From Myxococcota bacterium (GTDB taxonomy: Bacteria; Myxococcota_A; UBA9042; PHBI01; JAWLBL01): a DNA stretch of 64,000 nucleotides. Below the pieces are notes generated by a model, which worked only from the letters and a program-made list of their open reading frames with translations, was not told where the DNA came from and ran no database searches. The stretch's first letter is position 1. Every line of letters starts with the position of its first letter. The stretch lies in assembly GCA_041687695.1 (NCBI GenBank), contig JAWLBL010000002.1:294761-358760 (forward strand). The letters are read 5' to 3'. The position numbers and the translations under genes were made by a program. Of this stretch, positions 52,243 to 59,670 are shown piece after piece.

Positions 52243-53319
52243 TCAGCGCGGCGGCGGCGCTACGACGCCACCGGCCTGCGTGGCCGCCAGGGTGCCGCAG
52301 GCGGCGCCGATCTCCTTGCCACCCGAGTAGCGGCGGGCGACGGGCGCAGGCAGCAGCTCGCGCAGGTGATCGCGGAAGCGGGCCAGCTCCTCCGGGCCCG
52401 GCGGCAGGTAGCGGCCGGTCGGGTCGGTGACGTCGATGAGGTCGAGCTTGATGGGCACGCCCTCGAAGGCGCGGGCGAGGGCCTCGGCGTCGTCGCGGCC
52501 GGTGTTGAAGCCGGCGATGAGGACGTAGGCCAGCATGACCCGCTGGCGGCGCGCGGCGGCGTGCTCGCGGACGGCGTCGACCAGCGTCGGCAGCGGGTGG
52601 GTGCGCTCGACGGGCAGGAGGCGGCCGCGCTTTTCGGGGATCGCCGAGGTCAGCGAGACGACGAGGCGATAGGGCTGCCCCTCGCGCGTGTAGCGGCGCA
52701 TGGCGGGGACCACGCCGACGGTCGACACGCTGATGGCCTTGGCGCCGATGGCGGGGCCGGCGGGGTCGCGCAGGATCTCGGCGGCGCGCATGACCTCGGC
52801 GTAGTTGAGCAGGGGCTCGCCCATGCCCATGAAGACGACGCCGCGGACGGGGATCGGGCTCTCGGCGCGGACCCGCAGCACCTGATCGACGATCTCCCAG
52901 GTGCGCAGGTTCCGCGAGAAGCCCAGGTGACCGGTGGCGCAGAAGTCGCAGCCCATCGCGCAGCCGACCTGCGACGAGACGCAGACGACCGCCTTGTCGC
53001 CCAGGATGGGGATGCGCACCGCCTCGAAGCGGCCGCCCAGGGGCGAGGCGAACAGGTACTTGACGAAGCCGTCGGCGGCGACGCGGCGCTCGACCACCTC
53101 GAGCTCGGGCAGAGTCGAGCGGCGCAGGAGCGCCAGCACGGGCGAGGGGACCTGCGGGGTGGCCAGGACCTCGTCGAGCGTGCGGGCGCCGTGGGCGAAG
53201 ACGCTGGCGAACAGCTTGCGGACGCCGATGGGCGGCGGCGAGAACGGCGCGAGCCGGGCCTCGAGCTCGGCGAAGGAGAGGTCCTTGAGGTTCAGGCCGT
53301 CGGGGTCGGGGGCGTGCAT
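52243..53319 (-). CDS. RlmN/Cfr-family radical SAM RNA methyltransferase (divergent paralog)
   Basis: DG.VKYLF, CVSSQVGCAMGCDFC, MGMGEP, STVG, C-terminal GAACG.L. Confidence 0.88.
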   Translation of the reverse strand: MHAPDPDGLNLKDLSFAELEARLAPFSPPPIGVRKLFASVFAHGARTLDEVLATPQVPSPVLALLRRSTLPELEVVERRVAADGFVKYLFASPLGGRFEAVRIPILGDKAVVCVSSQVGCAMGCDFCATGHLGFSRNLRTWEIVDQVLRVRAESPIPVRGVVFMGMGEPLLNYAEVMRAAEILRDPAGPAIGAKAISVSTVGVVPAMRRYTREGQPYRLVVSLTSAIPEKRGRLLPVERTHPLPTLVDAVREHAAARRQRVMLAYVLIAGFNTGRDDAEALARAFEGVPIKLDLIDVTDPTGRYLPPGPEELARFRDHLRELLPAPVARRYSGGKEIGAACGTLAATQAGGVVAPPPR

Positions 53320-53448
53320 CGGGGCGGACTGTAACCGGGTTGAGCGCCCGCGGGCAGCTGGGATCGTCAGGCCGCCCGATCCGGTGACCGGGCGGGCGGA
53401 CCGCGGTACGGTCGGGGCGAGCATCAACGAGCGGCGTGCGAGGTCGGC

Positions 53449-54423
53449 GTGAGCTGGCGAGACGAGCAGGCGGGCGAGCGGTCGGGCGGGCTGCGCGTCG
53501 GGGTGACCGGGGCGACCGGGGTCATCGGGCGGGCGCTGGTGGCGTTCCTCAAGAGCCACGGGCACCACGTGCAGCGGCTGGTGCGGCGGCCGAGCGCGGG
53601 CGGAACGGAGGACGTGTTCTGGGATCCCGCGCGCGGCGAGATCGACGCGCCGGCGCTCGAGGGGTTCGACGCCTTCGTGCACCTGGCGGGGGCCAACGTC
53701 GGCGAAGGGCGGTGGACCGAGGCGCGCAAGGCCGAGATCCTGGGCAGCCGGCGCGACGGGACGCGGCTGCTGGCGCGGACGCTGGCGGGGCTCGAGCGGC
53801 GGCCGAGGGTGCTGGTGTCGGCGTCCGGGGTCGGCGTGTACGGCGACCGCGGCGACGAGGTGCTCGACGAGGACAGCGCGCCGGGGCGGGGCTTCCTGGC
53901 CGAGGTGTGCAAGGTCTGGGAGGCCGAGACCGAGGCGGCGGCGCAGGCTGGGATACGAGTGGTGCGGACGCGCATGGGGGTGGTGCTGGCGCCCGAGGGC
54001 GGCGCGCTGGCGCGCATGGTGACGCCGGTGAAGCTGGGTGTGGGCGGGCGGCTGGGGTCGGGGCGGCAGTACATGAGCTGGGTCGCGCTGGACGACGTGC
54101 TGGGCGCGATGCTGTTCGCGCTGACCCGCGAGACGCTGAGCGGGCCGGTGAACGTGGTCGCGCCCAACCCGGTGACCAACGCCGCCTTCGTCCGGACGCT
54201 GGCGGGGCTCCTGCATCGGCCGGCGATCCTGCCGGTGCCGGCGGCGGCGCTGAAGCTGGCGGTCGGCCCCGAGATGGCCGAGGAGCTGGTGCTGGCCAGC
54301 CAGCGTGTCGTGCCGCGGCGCCTCGAGGCGGCTGGCTTCCGCTTCGCGCATCCGCACCTCGAGGTCGCGCTGGCGAGGGCGCTCGGGATGCACGCGCCGG
54401 AGCCCGGATCGGCCTGGGCGTGA
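53449..54423 (+). CDS. TIGR01777 (YfcH-like) NAD-dependent epimerase family protein
   Basis: TGATGVIG, HLAG, GFLA.VC..WE, GGRLGSG.Q.MSW, GPVN..AP, LASQRV.P.RL...GF.F. Confidence 0.92.
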   Translation: MSWRDEQAGERSGGLRVGVTGATGVIGRALVAFLKSHGHHVQRLVRRPSAGGTEDVFWDPARGEIDAPALEGFDAFVHLAGANVGEGRWTEARKAEILGSRRDGTRLLARTLAGLERRPRVLVSASGVGVYGDRGDEVLDEDSAPGRGFLAEVCKVWEAETEAAAQAGIRVVRTRMGVVLAPEGGALARMVTPVKLGVGGRLGSGRQYMSWVALDDVLGAMLFALTRETLSGPVNVVAPNPVTNAAFVRTLAGLLHRPAILPVPAAALKLAVGPEMAEELVLASQRVVPRRLEAAGFRFAHPHLEVALARALGMHAPEPGSAWA

Positions 54424-54480
54424 CCCGGGCGTGACGGTCTCGCTTGTCACGGCCGCGCGCGCCTTCTACCGTGCCCGGCC

Positions 54481-56142
54481 ATGAGCAAGCGCACGCTATT
54501 GGTGATGGGGCTGGTCGGCGCGATGGGCGCCGGCTGTGGGGACACGGGCGAGACGCCGCCGGCGGACACCGCCGTGACGGACGTGGCCGACGTCGGCAAG
54601 GGCGACGCTGCGGACGACGCCGAGCCGGACACCGCCGAGCCGGACGCCGCGGGCGACGTGGACGTCACGCCGGCGCCCGCGTTGCAGGCCGTCGAGGGCG
54701 AGCCCAACTTCGCGGTCGCCGCCGCCGGCTGGTACCGCGGCGACTTCCACTACCACACCAACTACAGCGGTGACGCCAAGGAGCAGGGCGGCGACGATCT
54801 GGCGGTGGCCATCGCCATCGCCGACGCCTACCGCGACCCGGTCTTCCTGGCGGCCAACCCGGACAAGGCGGGCAACGGCCTGGACTTCGTCGCCATCACG
54901 GACCACCGCACCGACGCGGCCTTCGCCGACCCGGACTTCACCCACGACCACCTCATCCTGGTCCCCGGCGAGGAGTACGGCGGCGGCGGACACGCCATCA
55001 TCGCCGGCCTCGACCACCACATCCCGCACGACGCGGCGGCCGGTCAGGCCCAGGACGCGCGCCACCTCGAGGCGATGGCCGAGGCGCACGCCCAGGGGGC
55101 CTTCTTCAGCATCAACCACCCGTGCCAGGAGAACATGTGGAACTGGTCGGTGGACCTGGTCGACGCCATCGAGCTCTGGAACGGGCCGTGGGCCTCGTTC
55201 TACACCGGCGCGTCCCCCGAGCACGTCGAGGCCGAGGCGGCCGGCGCCGGCTTCATGAACCCCTTCCTGCCCGACGCGATCGCCAACGGCGGGACGGGTC
55301 ACAACGACAAGGCGATGCGGTACTGGCAGAACATGCTGACCGCCGGCCTGCACGTCGCACCCATCGGCGGCAGCGACCGCCACATGATCGTCCCGGCCGC
55401 CCTGCCGACCACCTACGTGCGCCGCCCGGCGAACCCGGCCTTCGAGGGCCTCGAGGGGCCGGCCCTGGGCTCCGACGGCATCGTCGCGGGGGTGCGTGAG
55501 GGCGGGACGTTCGTGTCGCGCTCGCCCTTCGGGGCGCAGATCGAGCTGACGGCGGTCAGCGCCGACGGGCAGGTCTTCCCGATGGGCGCCGAGCTGCCCG
55601 GCGCCGGCACCTACACGGTGCAGATGCGCGTCGGGCGCGCCGAGGGCGGCCGCCTGCGCCTGCTCAGCGGGCCGCTGAAGGCGCCGGTCGACGGGCACGT
55701 CAGCGCCGACGTGGCCGTGGTCTTCGACGAACCCATCCCCTCCGACCTCGCCAAAGGCGAGTTCACCTGGGAGGTCCCCGCCGAGGGCGCCTGGCTGCAC
55801 GCGGTCGTCCTCGAGGACCTGACGCCCGACCCGCTGCCGGAGGCCGTCCAGGAGGCGCTCGCCCACTTCCAGGTGGCCAGCGAGGGCAACGCCCTGGTGG
55901 TCATGGCCGGCGCCCTGGCGCCCCTGCTCGACATCAACATCCTGCTCGACCCCACCCTGTGCGATCCCGCGGCCTGGGACCCCTGGATGGGCCAGTGCAT
56001 GCCGGTCGATCAAGGCACCCTGGCGACCTTCTACCTGCCCGATCGCATCGAGCGCCTCGTGCAGATCGTCTTCGAGGACGGCGCCGCGACCGACTGGGCC
56101 ATGGGCGCCATCAGCTCGGCCTTCCTGGCGCGTCCCCAGTAG
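54481..56142 (+). CDS. PHP-domain (CehA/McbA-like) metallohydrolase lipoprotein
   Basis: Lipobox GAGC; GDFHYHT, ITDH, NHP, IELWNG, GGSD.H. Confidence 0.85.
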   Translation: MSKRTLLVMGLVGAMGAGCGDTGETPPADTAVTDVADVGKGDAADDAEPDTAEPDAAGDVDVTPAPALQAVEGEPNFAVAAAGWYRGDFHYHTNYSGDAKEQGGDDLAVAIAIADAYRDPVFLAANPDKAGNGLDFVAITDHRTDAAFADPDFTHDHLILVPGEEYGGGGHAIIAGLDHHIPHDAAAGQAQDARHLEAMAEAHAQGAFFSINHPCQENMWNWSVDLVDAIELWNGPWASFYTGASPEHVEAEAAGAGFMNPFLPDAIANGGTGHNDKAMRYWQNMLTAGLHVAPIGGSDRHMIVPAALPTTYVRRPANPAFEGLEGPALGSDGIVAGVREGGTFVSRSPFGAQIELTAVSADGQVFPMGAELPGAGTYTVQMRVGRAEGGRLRLLSGPLKAPVDGHVSADVAVVFDEPIPSDLAKGEFTWEVPAEGAWLHAVVLEDLTPDPLPEAVQEALAHFQVASEGNALVVMAGALAPLLDINILLDPTLCDPAAWDPWMGQCMPVDQGTLATFYLPDRIERLVQIVFEDGAATDWAMGAISSAFLARPQ

Positions 56143-56177
56143 CGGCCAGGCGGGCGGCGCTGGGCTATCCTGACCCC

Positions 56178-58133
56178 ATGCCGCCCGCCGCCCCCGTCCC
56201 CGCGCCGGCCGATCCCGCCGCGCTCCTCGCCGCCCTGGGCTCCCGCCCGCGCGTGGTCCTGGTCGGCGACGTGGGCAGCGGCAAGTCGACCCTCTCCGCC
56301 GCCCTCGCCGACGCCCTGGCCGCCTCCGGCGCCCCGGCGACCGGGATCTGCGCCGACCCCGGCCAGCCCGCCTTCGGCCCGCCCGGCGCCGCCTCCCTCG
56401 CCGCCCGCCGCGGCGGCGCCTGGCACCTCACCGCCCTCGAAGGCCTCGCCACCCTCGACGCCGGCCGCTACCGCCTCCCGCTGATCGAGGCCGTCCGCCG
56501 CCTGGCCGCCGCCACCGACGACCAGCCCCTGGTCCTCGACGCCCCCGGCGTCGCCCGCGGCGCCCCGGCCGCCGAGCTGCTCCCCGCCCTGGTCGGTGCC
56601 GCCGGCGCCACCCACGTCCTCGCCCTCACCCAGGACGACGCCCCGCTCCCGGTCGCCGCCGAGCTCCTCGCCACCCCGGCCACCGTCCTGCACGTCCGCG
56701 CCGCCGCCGCCGCCGCCCCCCGGCCCCCCGCCGACCGCGTCACCTTCCGCACCGCCGCCTGGGACGCCTGGCTCACGGGCGCCCGTCCGCTCGCCCTGCC
56801 GCGCCTCGCCTTCGTCCTCGCCGGCCGCCCCGCCCTCGGCGACCCCGCCGCCTGGCCCGGCCGCCAGGTCGCCCTCCTCGACGCCTCCGGCGCCACGCTG
56901 ACCCTCGCCCAGGTCGTCTCCCTCGCCCCCTCGCACCTCCACCTCCTCTCGCCTCCGGTCGACCCCGCCCGCGTCGCCGTCGTCCTCGTCCGCGACGCCG
57001 GCCGCGCCCCCGACGCCACGCTCGCGACCCGGCCCTGGCCCTCCCCGCGCCCGCCCCGCCCGCCCCCGCCGCGCCCCGGCGCCCGCCCCGACCTGCGCCT
57101 CGACCTCGGCCCGCCCCCCGCCGACCGCGTCACCCGCTTCGCCCCGGCCTTCCTCGGCGGCCTGTGGGACGACCCGACCCTGCACCTGCGCCACGACCTC
57201 GCGCGCCGCGGCGTCCTGTTCGACCTGGGCGATCTGGGCGCCCTGCCGGCCAAGCTGGTCCACCAGCTCTCCGACGTCTTCGTCACCCACGCCCACATGG
57301 ACCACTTCTCGGGCATGCTCGCGCTGCTCCGCCGCCGCCTCGGCGCCACCGCCCCCTGCCGCCTGTACGGCCCTCCCGGCCTCGCCGCCCGCGTCGCCGC
57401 CGCCATCGCCGCCTTCACCTGGGACCGCATCGGCGACGACGGCCCGCGCTTCCACGTCGCCGAGCTGCACGACGCCACCTTGCGCTGGACCGCCCTGCAG
57501 CCCGGCCGGCCCGCGGCCCCGCTCCCCGACACCCCGGCCCCCGCCGGCCAGCTCCTCGCCGACCGCGACCTCACCGTCCGCGCCGCGCCCCTCGACCACG
57601 CCGGCCTGCCCGTCCTCGCCTTCGCCCTGCGCGAGCGCGACCGCCACCTCGTCCGCCCCGACCGCCTCGCCGCCGCCCCGCACGCCCCCGGGCCCTGGGT
57701 CGGCGCCCTGGTGGCCGCCATGGACGCCGGCGCCGCCGACACCCTCATCCGCCTGCCCGACGGCGCCTCCGCCCCGGCCGCCCGCCTCGCCGCCGACCTC
57801 CTCACCCGCGAGCCGGGCCAGACCGTCGCCTACGCCACCGACCTCGGCGACACCCCGAGCAACCGCGCCGCCCTCATCGCCCTCGCCCGCGGCGCCGATC
57901 TGCTGGTCTGCGAGGCGTCCTTCGCCCAGGCCGACGCCCCCCGCGCCGCCCGCACCGGCCACCTGACCGCCCGCGCCTGCGGCGAGATCGCCGCCGCCGC
58001 CGCCGTCCGCCGCCTCGCCCCCTTCCACCCCTCGCACCGCTACGAGGCCGACCCCGCGCCCCTGTACGCCGAGGTGCGCGCCGCCTTCTCCAACGCCCTC
58101 GCTCCGACCGGCCTCGACCTCACCGCGCGCTGA
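56178..58133 (+). CDS. Clp1-type polynucleotide kinase / RNase Z-like metallo-beta-lactamase fusion
   Basis: GDVGSGKST, DPGQ..FGPP, VLDAPG, RVTFR; then FDLG, THAHMDH, LYGP, DH, GPW, YATD, CEASF, GHLT, FHPS.RY. Confidence 0.85.
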   Translation: MPPAAPVPAPADPAALLAALGSRPRVVLVGDVGSGKSTLSAALADALAASGAPATGICADPGQPAFGPPGAASLAARRGGAWHLTALEGLATLDAGRYRLPLIEAVRRLAAATDDQPLVLDAPGVARGAPAAELLPALVGAAGATHVLALTQDDAPLPVAAELLATPATVLHVRAAAAAAPRPPADRVTFRTAAWDAWLTGARPLALPRLAFVLAGRPALGDPAAWPGRQVALLDASGATLTLAQVVSLAPSHLHLLSPPVDPARVAVVLVRDAGRAPDATLATRPWPSPRPPRPPPPRPGARPDLRLDLGPPPADRVTRFAPAFLGGLWDDPTLHLRHDLARRGVLFDLGDLGALPAKLVHQLSDVFVTHAHMDHFSGMLALLRRRLGATAPCRLYGPPGLAARVAAAIAAFTWDRIGDDGPRFHVAELHDATLRWTALQPGRPAAPLPDTPAPAGQLLADRDLTVRAAPLDHAGLPVLAFALRERDRHLVRPDRLAAAPHAPGPWVGALVAAMDAGAADTLIRLPDGASAPAARLAADLLTREPGQTVAYATDLGDTPSNRAALIALARGADLLVCEASFAQADAPRAARTGHLTARACGEIAAAAAVRRLAPFHPSHRYEADPAPLYAEVRAAFSNALAPTGLDLTAR

Positions 58134-59292
58134 CCTCGGGCGCGGCCCGCCAGCGCAGCGTGTCGCCGACCCGCTCCAGCGGCGTCTCGAACCGCGCCCG
58201 CGACCCCTGCGCCAGCGGGTCCAGGATGGCGTCCGCCTCGGCCCCCGTCGCCAGCGCAGGCGCGCCGCCGGGCCGTCGCGTCAGCAGCGGGTGGACCACC
58301 AGCGCCTCGGCCCGCCACCCCGCCGCGCCCGGCGCGCGCGCCAGCGTCAGTTCGAAGGCGGCGCCGCGCCGTCCGTCGATCCGCACCATGTCGAACACCA
58401 GGTTGCCCATGTTGTACAGGATGATCCCGTCGCCCCAGGCCTCGACCGGCTGCAGCACGTGCGCGTGGTGGCCCAGCACGGCCGTCGCCCCTGCGTCCAC
58501 CAGGGCCCGCGCCAGCTGCTGCTGCCTCCGGTTGGGCCACGCCGTGAACTCGCCGCCCCAGTGCAGGGTCACCAGCACGACCTCCGCGCCGCCCTCCCGC
58601 AGCGCCCGCACCCGCGCCGGCAGGACCTCCAGCATCTCGCTCGTCGTCAGGAACGCCACCGGCACCGACTGCCCCGGCTTGGGCGTCCCGCGGTTGCGGC
58701 GCGTCGTGGCCGCCAGCACCGCGACCCGGACGCCGGACACGTCCAGCACCAGCGGCGCCAGCGGATCGCCCCCGACCGACGCCCCTACCGCCCCGACGCC
58801 GGCCCCCTCCAGGGCCAGCAGCGTCTCGGCCAGCCCCGCCTCGCCGCAGTCCTCGGCATGGTTGTTGGCCAGCACGGCCACGTCCACGCCCGCGTCCGCC
58901 AGGGCCCCCGCGTAGCGCGTGGGCGCCCGAAAGCGCAGGTGCCGCAGCGGCAGCTTCCGCGCCCGCACCAGCTCGTCGGGATCCACGTCCGACAGCGGCG
59001 TCTCCAGGTTCACCAGGGCCAGGTCGGCGGCGCGGGTCACCGGCGCGAGCTGCTCGAACGGGCGGTCGCCTCCGCTCGGGACCAGCGTGCGAAAGACGTA
59101 CCGTCCGAACATGACGTCACCGCCGGCCACCACCCGCAGCCGCGCCGCACCCGCCTCGGTCGGGACCCGCTCGCGCCCGCGCTCGACCGCCGGGGGGCGC
59201 CGCATCGGCGTCGGCACCTCGGGGAGGCTGGCGCACGCCGCGGCCATCGAGACCCCCAGCCACGCGATCACGCTCGTCCACGCCGCCCTCAT
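58120..59292 (-). CDS. CapA/PgsA-like metallophosphoesterase lipoprotein
   Basis: Lipobox AAAC; GGDVM.GR, NLETP, ANNH..D.G, LHWG, GHHAHV, YNMGN. Confidence 0.9.
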   Translation of the reverse strand: MRAAWTSVIAWLGVSMAAACASLPEVPTPMRRPPAVERGRERVPTEAGAARLRVVAGGDVMFGRYVFRTLVPSGGDRPFEQLAPVTRAADLALVNLETPLSDVDPDELVRARKLPLRHLRFRAPTRYAGALADAGVDVAVLANNHAEDCGEAGLAETLLALEGAGVGAVGASVGGDPLAPLVLDVSGVRVAVLAATTRRNRGTPKPGQSVPVAFLTTSEMLEVLPARVRALREGGAEVVLVTLHWGGEFTAWPNRRQQQLARALVDAGATAVLGHHAHVLQPVEAWGDGIILYNMGNLVFDMVRIDGRRGAAFELTLARAPGAAGWRAEALVVHPLLTRRPGGAPALATGAEADAILDPLAQGSRARFETPLERVGDTLRWRAAPEVSAR

Positions 59293-59475
59293 GGCGCGCA
59301 GCATAGGGCTGCGGCGCGCGCCGTACAGAAAGCCGCCGTCCCGCGCGCCCGTCGCCGCTTGCGGCCTCAGGATGGGCGGCGCCCCCTCGCGCGTTGAAGC
59401 TGTAACCGCCGTGAGTCGCTCGCGCCGCGTGGCCGGCGAGCCTGGCACTTCGTGTTGCGATGCGGGAGGCCCACC

Positions 59476-59670
59476 GTGAAACATTCCGCGTTGTCCGACC
59501 CCGAGGTGCCTCCTATCCTCGCGCCATTTCGCACAGGCCCCACGGCCGGACGGGCGGCCCTCGGCCGCTCGAGCCCTCGCCTGCCCCTGGCGCCGCCAGC
59601 GCATCGGGGCCCCGGGTCGCCCCCTGACCTCCTCAGTCGACCGCTCGACGGGTCCGCCTATCCCGAATGA
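59476..59670 (+). CDS. Putative small Pro-rich protein (64 aa) coupled to the downstream kinase
   Basis: GGGAGG 6 nt before GTG; the stop overlaps the kinase ATG (ATGA); codon bias is weak. Confidence 0.35.
   Translation: MKHSALSDPEVPPILAPFRTGPTAGRAALGRSSPRLPLAPPAHRGPGSPPDLLSRPLDGSAYPE

Noticed and set aside
52243..54450. 735-aa extended RlmN
   Set aside because: The extension is antisense to the TIGR01777 gene; the start at 53319 has a -10-like box.
58120..59292. Poly-gamma-glutamate capsule locus
   Set aside because: Only a CapA-like gene is present; no capB/capC adjacent.
59443..59458. Sigma54 promoter TGGCACTTCGTGTTGC
   Set aside because: GG-to-GC spacing is 11 nt; sigma54 requires 10.
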